Below, in pieces: positions 38,061 through 46,646 of a DNA stretch of 64,000 nt. Below the pieces are notes generated by a model. It saw nothing but the letters and a program-made list of their open reading frames with translations. It was not told where the DNA came from and made no database searches. Origin of the DNA: an uncultured Gammaproteobacteria bacterium (GTDB lineage Bacteria; Pseudomonadota; Gammaproteobacteria; Steroidobacterales; MnTg04); NCBI GenBank assembly GCA_964568075.1, contig CAZMOM010000009.1, forward strand, positions 22,016-86,015, read 5' to 3'. The position numbers and the translations under genes are program-made. The stretch's first letter is position 1; each line of letters starts with the position of its first letter.

Positions 38061-38204
38061 TTATCCGAGTCTGAGGTACAGAAGTCCGGCGCAGTATACT
38101 GCCACACCACCGAGGAATAATAGCCGCGGCAAGGTTCCTATCCAAAAAACAAAACCGGCGACCAGATCCTCCAGTTCATCAAGGCATTGTACGATCACTT
38201 CCAT
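38061..38204 (-). CDS. small membrane protein (47 aa), not in ORF track
   Basis: AAGGAG RBS. MEVIVQCLDELEDLVAGFVFWIGTLPRLLFLGGVAVYCAGLLYLRLG*: acidic amphipathic N-terminus plus a hydrophobic segment. Confidence 0.7.
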   Translation of the reverse strand: MEVIVQCLDELEDLVAGFVFWIGTLPRLLFLGGVAVYCAGLLYLRLG

Positions 38205-38257
38205 GTCAACTCCTTCACCGGATCCATAAATTCATCGGGGACACAAGCAAGCAGGTT

Positions 38258-38428
38258 TCAGACGAACCTTGACCGGTCAGGGCATTCAATTACAGGCAGC
38301 TTCCCGCGACCCATAGACGAATTTTGTTCGACCGATCTGGTCGCCGCCGCTATCGCGTTCGCCACCCAGGTTTTCCTGTCCATCTTCAATGGCTTCGAAT
38401 CCTGCCGCTTGGAAGATTGGTTACTCAT
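38258..38428 (-). CDS. small hypothetical protein (56 aa), not in ORF track
   Basis: GGAG 10 nt upstream of ATG. MSNQSSKRQDSKPLKMDRKTWVANAIAAATRSVEQNSSMGRGKLPVIECPDRSRFV*. First ORF after a class II CRP-type promoter. Confidence 0.5.
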   Translation of the reverse strand: MSNQSSKRQDSKPLKMDRKTWVANAIAAATRSVEQNSSMGRGKLPVIECPDRSRFV

Positions 38429-38465
38429 CGATGCTTCGCTCCAGAAAAATCAGCTTCCGAAGACG

Positions 38466-38508
38466 ACTTTAGTGAACCTGTTAGCTGTTCACTGTGTTGC
38501 AGTTCACA
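38466..38508 (-). promoter_or_regulatory. class II CRP/Vfr-type promoter
   Basis: TGTGT-TGCAGT-TCACA (38493-38508; minus strand TGTGA-N6-ACACA), centred -41.5 relative to -10 TAAAGT (38471-38466); predicted TSS 38459. Confidence 0.72.
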
Positions 38509-38592
38509 AAGGCAATAAGTCCTTACCAATGCTCTGAACATAATCCCCGAATAGCTTTTTTGCCGGCTCAATCTAGCGTATCGTTCGGTGTC

Positions 38593-39273
38593 ATGAAGAA
38601 GATCGTCGTGTTGAACCCGAAAGGCGGATCAGGCAAAACGACAATTGCCACCAACCTCGCGGCGTATTACGCGACCCAGGGACTGGAGCCGACCTTGATG
38701 GATATGGATCGTCAGGGCTCGAGCATGCACTGGCTTAGCAAACGGTTTGCCGATCTACCTGTAATACATGGTATCGCCGCTTTCGAAAACCCAGCGCGAG
38801 TAACCAAAAGCTGGCAAATGCGCATCCGTCCGGAGTCCCGGAGAATCATTGTCGATACGCCGGCGGCGATAGACCCACAGCTGTTGCCGGAGATTACCCG
38901 CGGTGCACAGGCCATTCTGATTCCAGTTGTGCCATCGGATATCGATATATATGCGGCCACAAATCTGATCAGAAATCTTTTGCTGGTTGCCAGGATCAGG
39001 CGCAGCGACGGGAGAATTGGTGTTTTGGCCAACCGCGTGAAAAGCAATACGTTAATTTACCAGTCGCTAATGCGGTTCCTGCGAAATTTGAGAATTCCAA
39101 TCGTCGGCGTGTTGAGGGACTCGCAAGTCTATGTCCGTTGCGCCGAGCAGGGAATCGGGATTCACGAATTGCAACCACACCAAGTGCGTAAGGATCTCGA
39201 TCAATGGAAATCAATTCTGAGCTGGGAAAAGGGCAGACCCTCTAACGCGATGAATTCGGTGGGAGTGGTCTGA
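38593..39273 (+). CDS. orphan ParA/MinD family ATPase
   Basis: Deviant Walker A NPKGGSGKTT, DMDRQGS, IVDTPA, IPVVPS.ID. No parB adjacent. Start re-called to ATG 38593. Confidence 0.88.
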   Translation: MKKIVVLNPKGGSGKTTIATNLAAYYATQGLEPTLMDMDRQGSSMHWLSKRFADLPVIHGIAAFENPARVTKSWQMRIRPESRRIIVDTPAAIDPQLLPEITRGAQAILIPVVPSDIDIYAATNLIRNLLLVARIRRSDGRIGVLANRVKSNTLIYQSLMRFLRNLRIPIVGVLRDSQVYVRCAEQGIGIHELQPHQVRKDLDQWKSILSWEKGRPSNAMNSVGVV

Positions 39274-39282
39274 GCGATTCGT

Positions 39283-39510
39283 TTATTGGTCGGTCGAATC
39301 AGAATCCCAGTCTTTTTTAATCTGGGCTATCCAGTCCTTGTAACCTTGCAGCGTATAAACCGAGCTGTCGGCCATAACGCGGCGGCCGCGGGTCCCGGCT
39401 ACCTGACCCAGCCAGCTTCGGTAAGCGGCCCAGCCTTCTTCGTCGGCCCGTGCAGACCTGCGGACATCCTGCCACTCTGTTTCTACGCGTTTCGTGTCGC
39501 GCTCACCCAT
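39283..39510 (-). CDS. small Trp/Tyr-rich hypothetical protein (75 aa)
   Basis: AGGA RBS before ATG 39510. Contains two similar helical motifs (WAAYRSWLGQV, QGYKDWIAQI). Confidence 0.65.
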   Translation of the reverse strand: MGERDTKRVETEWQDVRRSARADEEGWAAYRSWLGQVAGTRGRRVMADSSVYTLQGYKDWIAQIKKDWDSDSTDQ

Positions 39511-39540
39511 ACTACCATCCTGGTGACAACCCGAGCGTTT

Positions 39541-39583
39541 ACAGTAATTGGACCCCCGGTCCCAAGACAGGAACTGGTTCACA
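39541..39583 (-). promoter_or_regulatory. possible class II CRP/Vfr-type promoter (one perfect half-site)
   Basis: Minus strand TGTGA-ACCAGT-TCCTG (39583-39568), centred -41.5 relative to TACTGT (39546-39541); predicted TSS 39534. Confidence 0.5.
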
Positions 39584-39720
39584 ATCGAGCTTACCTGAAC
39601 TTATTGATTTTCATAGTATTATTGTAAAACAGCGATCCGTATGAGGGTCCATTCCGGAACCGGTGCGTAGCAAACCCGGTAGCGTCGTCAGCCTCGTCTG
39701 ACAACATTGCCAGTTTCGCA

Positions 39721-40233
39721 TCAGGGGAGGATTTCGATCGGCGTGTTCGCTTTTGTCATTGTCCAGATATCCATCATGTCCGGATTCGAGACCGCAATAC
39801 AACCATCGGTCCAGTCCCATTCCGCGTAGTACTCCCGGCCGTGCCGCTTCTCATTTGGCACACCATGAATCATGATATTTCCACCCGGTGAAGCGCCTTG
39901 CCGGTGTGCTTCGGAGATATCATTCTGGCTGGGGTAACTGATATGGATGGAAAGAAAGTAATCGCTGTTAAGGTTACGATCATCCAGCACATAAGACCCT
40001 TCCGGTGTTCGGAAATCGCCCTCGCTGGTTTTGTCTCCGTCCGGTACCAATCCGAGGCGTATTTCGATCGCCTTGAGAATTCGCTGGTCCCTGATCAGGA
40101 AAAGTTTACGCTGTGATTTGAGCACCAGAACCCTGTCAGCCATCCAGTCCGGATCATCCTGATTGGATGGAATGGCGACCATGACAGGCAATACCAGAAG
40201 GAACAATAACCTTCGAATAGTCTGCGTCGCCAC
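39721..40233 (-). CDS. L,D-transpeptidase family protein (YkuD/YafK-like)
   Basis: VLVLKSQRKL, GDFRTPEG.Y, SIHISYP, GGNIMIHG, DWTDGCIAV (His/Cys dyad). Confidence 0.9.
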   Translation of the reverse strand: MATQTIRRLLFLLVLPVMVAIPSNQDDPDWMADRVLVLKSQRKLFLIRDQRILKAIEIRLGLVPDGDKTSEGDFRTPEGSYVLDDRNLNSDYFLSIHISYPSQNDISEAHRQGASPGGNIMIHGVPNEKRHGREYYAEWDWTDGCIAVSNPDMMDIWTMTKANTPIEILP

Positions 40234-40245
40234 TATTAATCTCCG

Positions 40246-41970
40246 TCAGGAACCGTCTGCCCGCTCAAGACCCAGTACATCGACTCCCTGAATGAAATAT
40301 ACGTCAACCGGAATTCCAGCAGAAGCGAGACGGTCGAGATCAGATTGCAGCTCACCTCCAATCATCCCCTTGTCTCTAAACAGTCTCCCGACGCCATCGT
40401 AATCGCCGTCGCCCTGCAAGGTCAGGATGAGCTCAGACAGGGCGGCTATACTCTCCTGCATACGGTCAGAATCGACTCGGTACTGTCCTGTTTCGCTGTT
40501 CCTGCTGAAGGCTCCCAGGTCCTGAAAGAAGTTGAACCTCACCATATTGGCCTGGCCATGCGCGCTGGAGGCCCCGAACCGGACCGAACGAAAAATCCCG
40601 GTAAGAAAGGTGACGTAGTAGTCCATCAGGTCGCCATCGGTGATTTCTCCTGTTTCGAAAAGCCTGGTGATCATATACACGCCCAGGACATCGGCCTTGC
40701 CTTCTTCCATGGCTGAGGCGAGTTCCCGCAACGCGAGGCGAACCGTACCCTCACCGGTGATCGTATTCTTGATTCCCAGTCCGTGAGCCACTTCATGAAA
40801 CATGGTGTTGGTGAAAAAAGCGTTGAAAGTCACGTGACTGCGTTGACTCTCCTCGATCAATTCATCGGCTATGGGCCGCATGATTTTGTCGAACTTCGCC
40901 TGCATGGCATTTTTTAGTTGTAACCGACGGGTACCCTTTTGTAACTGAACCGACTCGTCATTTGGCAGGTTGATCGCAATGGTTTTAGCGCCGGCATTGC
41001 TGTGGCCCGCATAATACAGCACGTCATAAGCGTTTAGATCCGAATCGGTTCCCGGCGACTCGGTCTTGTATGGTTCCGGAACCGGCAATCCTTCCTGCAG
41101 ATGCGGCAGATAGCTGACGTAGCGACTGAGTCGCTCGGACCAGGCGAGGTCCTTGAGCAGGACGTATGATTCGAACGCCGTCTTGTAACCAAAAAGCCGA
41201 TCTTCATAGGTCTCTATAGGGCCAATGACGATATCGATCGGATTATTTTTCATATCCATCCACAGCATGTCGCTGGCGAAATAATCATCGTCGAGTAAGG
41301 CCTTGGCTCGCGCGGACAGATATGCTGAAAACTCGCCGTCGTCAGCCAGTGCCGCGGCGTCACGCAATAGCGAAGACGCGCTCTGTAGTTGGGGCTTATA
41401 GGCCTGACTGTACGGCAACACATAAAGCTCACCCTTTTCGTTCCGTCTGAGCAAGGTATAAAGACCGTCTTTCCCTGGAAGATCCGCGGCGTTGAACTCC
41501 TCGATCGTCATGTCAGCCGGATATAGATTCGCCCCCAGAGGCTTGTCAAAATAACCGTCAATAAACGGCATTTCGTTCGCCAGCCGGTCCCAGGGGCCGT
41601 AGTTCATCCGGGCAAATTCCCGTGCGTTTTTGCTCTCGATATTGGCCATGAAAGCGGTCTTGTCGCCGACGGCTTGTTGCCAGAAAAGATCGTCCATAAT
41701 TTCCGATGCCTGTATGAGTTTGACCAGCATCGACCGCTGCTTGTCGCTCAGATGGGAGAGATCGGCCGACAACGTAAAGGGCGCGTAGATCGGCAGCCGT
41801 CTTTCTGCCCAGTTCTCCGGTGTCGCCTCCGGCGCCTCCGCGGCGGTATCCGGTAATTCGGATCGCTGCTGATCCTGAGCTCTCCTGTCGTCACCGGCAT
41901 CGCTACAACCGGCAAGCCCGGTAAAAATGAAAATTCCTGTTAGCAGGCACGATATATGTTTGTCTCGCAT
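40246..41970 (-). CDS. peptidase family M49-like (dipeptidyl-peptidase III-like) zinc hydrolase, lipoprotein
   Basis: Lipobox LAGC, NYGPWDRL, IGPIETYED, AINLPND, HEVAHGLG, EEGKAD, FGASSAHG. Start re-called to ATG 41970. Confidence 0.85.
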   Translation of the reverse strand: MRDKHISCLLTGIFIFTGLAGCSDAGDDRRAQDQQRSELPDTAAEAPEATPENWAERRLPIYAPFTLSADLSHLSDKQRSMLVKLIQASEIMDDLFWQQAVGDKTAFMANIESKNAREFARMNYGPWDRLANEMPFIDGYFDKPLGANLYPADMTIEEFNAADLPGKDGLYTLLRRNEKGELYVLPYSQAYKPQLQSASSLLRDAAALADDGEFSAYLSARAKALLDDDYFASDMLWMDMKNNPIDIVIGPIETYEDRLFGYKTAFESYVLLKDLAWSERLSRYVSYLPHLQEGLPVPEPYKTESPGTDSDLNAYDVLYYAGHSNAGAKTIAINLPNDESVQLQKGTRRLQLKNAMQAKFDKIMRPIADELIEESQRSHVTFNAFFTNTMFHEVAHGLGIKNTITGEGTVRLALRELASAMEEGKADVLGVYMITRLFETGEITDGDLMDYYVTFLTGIFRSVRFGASSAHGQANMVRFNFFQDLGAFSRNSETGQYRVDSDRMQESIAALSELILTLQGDGDYDGVGRLFRDKGMIGGELQSDLDRLASAGIPVDVYFIQGVDVLGLERADGS

Positions 41971-42020
41971 AGCTGTTTCCCTTGTCCCCGACATCGACGT
42001 CCGTCGACATCATAACTTTT

Positions 42021-42779
42021 TCACCCAAACTCGTCCCGATTCCTCTCCGCCAGATACTGGTGTCTTAGCTGTTCAGTCCACAGCAGCGTCGCGCCGATGA
42101 CTGCCGTCGGCATCGCCACAAAATTAATTATCGGTACGATCGTCAGCGAAGTAACGCCACAGCCAAACCCGAAGGCCAGCATCGTACGACGGCGAATCAA
42201 CGTCTGCTGGCTGTTGATCGATAGACGCCAATTGCCCAGTGGGTAATCGAGGTACTCCACCGCAAGCACCCAGGCACCGAACCCGGCCCAGGCAAATGGC
42301 AGCAGCGGATACAAGGGTGGAATAAGCCAGAGCGCCGCCGGCAGGATCGCCAGAAACAAGAAGTAAATAATCTTTCGCAGCTCCTGGACGGGCGCTGTCA
42401 GCAACTCTTGCCATAGAGACAAGTCGGGCGGGCCGGAAGCTTCAGGGTCAGCCAGGTGTTCGACCCGCGCTGCCAACAACCCGTTGAAGGGGGACGCGAG
42501 CAGGTTTGCCAGCAGGGTAAATCCGAAAAAAAGGCTCAGCAGCGCAAGCAAAATAAATACCGGCCAAAGCAGCCAGACCACCCAGCTGAGATAGTCGGGT
42601 GCCGCCGTTTGAATTGCAGCGATCAGGTTGCCTAAGCGGCTGCCTCCCCAGCAAATTGCCAGCGAAAACAATAACGCGTTGACCGTTAATGGAACGATGA
42701 CAAAGGTCCGAATGTCTTTTCGCCCTAACCAGCAGAGGCCACGAAAAACGAATTGCAGACCCAGGAGAAAATCCTTCAC
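42021..42779 (-). CDS. cysZ: CysZ / EI24-domain membrane protein
   Basis: FVIVPLTVN, ANLLASPFNGLLA..VE, EYLDYP, IPIINF.AMP.AV.GAT pattern. Confidence 0.85.
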   Translation of the reverse strand: MKDFLLGLQFVFRGLCWLGRKDIRTFVIVPLTVNALLFSLAICWGGSRLGNLIAAIQTAAPDYLSWVVWLLWPVFILLALLSLFFGFTLLANLLASPFNGLLAARVEHLADPEASGPPDLSLWQELLTAPVQELRKIIYFLFLAILPAALWLIPPLYPLLPFAWAGFGAWVLAVEYLDYPLGNWRLSINSQQTLIRRRTMLAFGFGCGVTSLTIVPIINFVAMPTAVIGATLLWTEQLRHQYLAERNRDEFG

Positions 42780-42866
42780 CGTGCAATCTCCGGCCAGCGG
42801 GGAAAGCCACTTATTCGCATCCGGCTACAGAACGCGGTGAGTTCATATCAAATCGAAATGATGAGT

Positions 42867-44498
42867 CTACTCATCGGCCATATGCGGATATGGGAAATCC
42901 TGGGGCGGGGAAAAAGTTTCCTTAATCGCCCGCGGCGATGCCCAGCGAATGAGATTAAAAATGCTGCCGGCCTTGTCGTTGGTCCCGCTCGCTCTCCCAC
43001 CGCCGAACGGCTGTTGGCCAACCACCGCGCCGGTTGGCTTGTCATTAATATAGAAATTACCGGCGGCCGATCGCAGTGCCTCGCTCATTCTTGCAATTTC
43101 ACCCCGGTCGCGACAAAAAATTGCCCCGGTCAGTGCATACGGACTGGCCTGCTCAACCGCGCCGAGCGCCTCATCCATCCGCTGATCGTCATATCGGTAC
43201 ATAGTCAGGACCGGGCCAAAAATCTCCTCACTCATCAGGCGCGATGTCGGGTTATCGGCCTCGACCAGGGTCGGACTGATAAAATATCCCTTGCTGTCAT
43301 CGCATTCACCGCCGGCCAGAATATTGTGATCCTTGCTGTCTCGGGCATGGTCGATAAAGCCACTGATATTCTTATATGAGCGCTCATCGATAATGGCGCA
43401 CATAAAATTGCTGAAATCCAGCGGTGAGCCCATCGTGATCCGCGACATTTGTTCTTGCATGCAGGCCACTACGTCGTCCCAAAGACTGGCAGGAATAAAC
43501 GCCCGACTCGCGGCCGAGCATTTTTGCCCTTGGTACTCAAAGGCTCCGCGGGTTAGCGCGGTCACCAGCGACTGAATGTGGGCGCTTGGATGCGCAAACA
43601 CAAAATCCTTGCCGCCCGTCTCTCCGACCAGGCGTGGATAACTGTTGTATTTGTCTATGTTGTTACCGACCGTCGTCCACAAGTGCCTGAACGTCGCAGT
43701 ACTACCGGTGAAATGTATGCCCGCCAGATCCGGGCTCGCCAGAACCGGGTCACCGACAACGGCACCCTTGCCTGGGAGGAAACTGATTACGCCGGGCGGT
43801 AATCCCGCTTCATGAAGCACCTTCAAAATGACCCAGGCGCTGTAAGTTTGTGTTGACGATGGTTTCCACAAGACGGTGTTTCCCATCATTGCCGGCGCCG
43901 TAGGCAGATTGCCCGCTATCGATGTGAAATTGAATGGCGATATCGCAAAAACAAACCCGTCGAGCGGCCGATAATCCAATGTATTCCACATGCCGTCCGA
44001 GGATTCCGGCTGCACCGAGTAAATCTGTTCCATGAAGTGCACATTGAACCGCCAGAAATCGATCAATTCACAGGCTGCATCGATTTCGGCCTGGAAAACG
44101 GTCTTGCTCTGGCCGAGCATGGTCGCAGCATTAATTTCGTCTCGATACGGACCGGCCAGCAAGTCGGCAGCCTTCAGAAAAACCGCGGCACGGTCTTCCC
44201 ATCGCATCGCAGCCCAGTGTCTGGCTGCGCTGGTAGCAGCGTCTATCGCCAGGCCCACTTCCTTCTCTCCGGCCATGTGATATCTGGCGAGCAAGTGCTG
44301 ATGGTCATGCGGAGCCCGGTTTTCTCCCAGTCGCCCCGTATGAATTTCACGTTCTCCCACCACCACAGGTATTTCGATCTCCTGCTCGATCAACTGTGCC
44401 AACCGGACGGTCAGCGATGCGCGCATTTCGCTACCCGGTGCATAGGTACCGATCGGTTCGTTAAACGGCGGCGGTGTGGTGATTATCGAGCTGGACAT
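42867..44498 (-). CDS. pruA: L-glutamate gamma-semialdehyde (P5C) dehydrogenase
   Basis: NEPI..YAPGS, QAEIDAACELIDFWRFN, SPFNFT, FTGST, GETGGKDF, FEYQGQKCSA, EIFGP, NDKAGS. Confidence 0.95.
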   Translation of the reverse strand: MSSSIITTPPPFNEPIGTYAPGSEMRASLTVRLAQLIEQEIEIPVVVGEREIHTGRLGENRAPHDHQHLLARYHMAGEKEVGLAIDAATSAARHWAAMRWEDRAAVFLKAADLLAGPYRDEINAATMLGQSKTVFQAEIDAACELIDFWRFNVHFMEQIYSVQPESSDGMWNTLDYRPLDGFVFAISPFNFTSIAGNLPTAPAMMGNTVLWKPSSTQTYSAWVILKVLHEAGLPPGVISFLPGKGAVVGDPVLASPDLAGIHFTGSTATFRHLWTTVGNNIDKYNSYPRLVGETGGKDFVFAHPSAHIQSLVTALTRGAFEYQGQKCSAASRAFIPASLWDDVVACMQEQMSRITMGSPLDFSNFMCAIIDERSYKNISGFIDHARDSKDHNILAGGECDDSKGYFISPTLVEADNPTSRLMSEEIFGPVLTMYRYDDQRMDEALGAVEQASPYALTGAIFCRDRGEIARMSEALRSAAGNFYINDKPTGAVVGQQPFGGGRASGTNDKAGSIFNLIRWASPRAIKETFSPPQDFPYPHMADE

Positions 44499-44637
44499 AT
44501 TGAATCCTTGACGGCATCAGAACCACTCTGGCGGAGCGGCATTGTATCCAGTCGCGCCAGCCGGCCACAAGGCGTATGAAACTGTCTGCCCTAGCGCTAA
44601 AAAAGTGTCGTCCGCCGTGATCAGGCATTGCTCCGCT

Positions 44638-45036
44638 TTACTGCGGATATGCGATGCGTTTGCCGAGTGGATTAAATGACACGAGCGCGAGTTTAAAATG
44701 TGCCAGAGCGAACGGGATCCCGATGATGGTGATGAAATACAAGAAGCCGACCAATACATGAAAGAGCGTCAGCCAGACACCCGCCAGCACCATCCAAAAC
44801 ACAGAATAAAGCGCGGTGCCGAATATTTTTTCCTCGCCGACCGCCTCCGCATCCACGAGAATACGACCAAACGGTAACGCGGCGAATTCGGCGATTCGAA
44901 AACAGGCTATCGAAAAAGGCAGCCCGACTACGGTCACCGCCATGATCAGTCCCGCAATCACCCAAAAGAAAAAACAGATAATCCCCGGGCCGAGAAACAG
45001 CCACAACAAATTGCCCAGCAAACTAATCGGTCCCAC
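44638..45036 (-). CDS. yccF: YccF domain inner-membrane protein
   Basis: LGNLLW, duplicated T.VG.PF / TIIGIPF repeats, LPFG and PLG motifs. Confidence 0.88.
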   Translation of the reverse strand: MGPISLLGNLLWLFLGPGIICFFFWVIAGLIMAVTVVGLPFSIACFRIAEFAALPFGRILVDAEAVGEEKIFGTALYSVFWMVLAGVWLTLFHVLVGFLYFITIIGIPFALAHFKLALVSFNPLGKRIAYPQ

Positions 45037-45127
45037 CGCACCAACTCCGATTTCTGCCCCTGACCAGGGTCAGTCAAGACAAATCATATCAGAGCTTTCC
45101 GCTATATCGGCAAGCGCGAGGAGAATA

Positions 45128-46495
45128 TCAGCCAACGAATGGCTCGTAGAAAGTACTCGTAAACCGGTTTTCCTTGTCCACATTCCTGCGCAGGCGCTTA
45201 AAGGTCACCAGATTCTGGCCGAGACCTTTTGCAGCCTGCCGCGAAGACAGCATTTTGGTTTGATTCAGGAGCGGAATACCGTTATTGGATGAGCAGAAAT
45301 CGTTGAACTCAAGCAGAAAATCATCCCAGTTTGTGCCGCCGCTGCAAAAGACGTCAAGCGTAAACACATCCGTCTTGCCGGCGTACGATAACAAACTGCC
45401 AGGGTCCCGCGGTACGAGCACCGATTTGGTGGGAAGATCGCAACGAAATCCGTGATCGCGCTCAAACTGGCGACAGAAATTCACGTATCGCTCTACCAGT
45501 GCCGGAAAGCCCTCGGACGGAAACGCCCAGGTCGTATATGTACATCTCGCCCACGTCGGCATACGGCACCGCGGCAAACACACAGCCGACATATCGGCCG
45601 TGCGGCCGTCGGTAAATTTGGTCATCATTTGTTGTGCGCCAAAAAGCAAAAAGTCCAGCTGCTTACCGCGCAGCCCGCTGATCGGGACCAGTTTCTTTAA
45701 TATTTGTGCAACAAAGGGCGCGAAACAATTCCAGCCCCAGGCACGAATCGTCGGCAACCGCTGACGCCTTTTCCTGACCAGTTTGCTGGATCGCCTCGTT
45801 TCCATATGGACTTTTCCGCTAAACGGATAAATCGTCAATTTGATTCCGGCGCCATCTGCACCGACACTCCTCAATGCCAGCGGCAAATCTTCGACGACCG
45901 CCCGCCGATGTTTGACCGAGAACCCGATTTTCTCGCGAACCGCAAAAGTCACCTCATAGACAATACCCATCAGCCCAAAACTGCTGCGCATCACATTGAG
46001 CATTTCCGGTTGCTTGGCCGTCAGGTTTAGTTGCGTTCCTTGTGGCGTTACCAGCTTCATGCCGACGACGGTCGAGGAAAGCTGCCCGAGTATCCCCTGG
46101 GTCGCCACATAACGGTTCGAGGTGCAGGCCACGCTGCCGACGCTTATATCGCCGAATTCCGGACATGCACAAAGCTGCAGACCACGATTGTCCAGCGCCT
46201 GAACCAGATCATAAATCCTTACGCCAGCCTGCACGCGGACATGTCGCTGGCCATATTCGAGTATGCGATCGAAGTCGCGCATATCGACGATCGTGCCGCC
46301 GTCAGCGACGGCGCACCGGGTAATTGAGTGCTGGAACCCGACCGCTCGTACGGGTGATGGGTATTTTTTCAGGTTGTTGACGATCTCAATCAGTTCCGAC
46401 ACACGGTGAGGTTTAACCACAATCCGGGGGCGACTGATTGCCGAACCTTCCCAGTTGACCGCTATTCCGCGACGGTTCTTGATTGTGGCTTCCAT
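45128..46495 (-). CDS. FAD-binding oxidoreductase (VAO/aldonolactone oxidase-like)
   Basis: NWEG, RAVGFQHS (covalent-flavin His position), V.VQAG, SSFGLMGIVYEVT. AGGAG RBS. Confidence 0.8.
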   Translation of the reverse strand: MEATIKNRRGIAVNWEGSAISRPRIVVKPHRVSELIEIVNNLKKYPSPVRAVGFQHSITRCAVADGGTIVDMRDFDRILEYGQRHVRVQAGVRIYDLVQALDNRGLQLCACPEFGDISVGSVACTSNRYVATQGILGQLSSTVVGMKLVTPQGTQLNLTAKQPEMLNVMRSSFGLMGIVYEVTFAVREKIGFSVKHRRAVVEDLPLALRSVGADGAGIKLTIYPFSGKVHMETRRSSKLVRKRRQRLPTIRAWGWNCFAPFVAQILKKLVPISGLRGKQLDFLLFGAQQMMTKFTDGRTADMSAVCLPRCRMPTWARCTYTTWAFPSEGFPALVERYVNFCRQFERDHGFRCDLPTKSVLVPRDPGSLLSYAGKTDVFTLDVFCSGGTNWDDFLLEFNDFCSSNNGIPLLNQTKMLSSRQAAKGLGQNLVTFKRLRRNVDKENRFTSTFYEPFVG

Positions 46496-46559
46496 CTAGC
46501 GGCTCCTGCTTGGCGGATTGTTCCCAGGCGGAGTCAAAAACAGCACCGGGACGCCTGAC

Positions 46560-46602
46560 ATAATACGTGGACGGATATGCACCAAATGTGACGCGGTTCG
46601 CA
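46560..46602 (-). promoter_or_regulatory. class II CRP/Vfr-type promoter for the FAD oxidoreductase
   Basis: AAA-TGTGA-CGCGGT-TCGCA-TT (core 46587-46602), centred -41.5 relative to -10 TATTAT (46565-46560); predicted TSS 46553. Confidence 0.78.
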
Positions 46603-46646
46603 TTAATCCCCTTGCATGTTCCGGGCCACAAGGGCTAATTAGTGGT

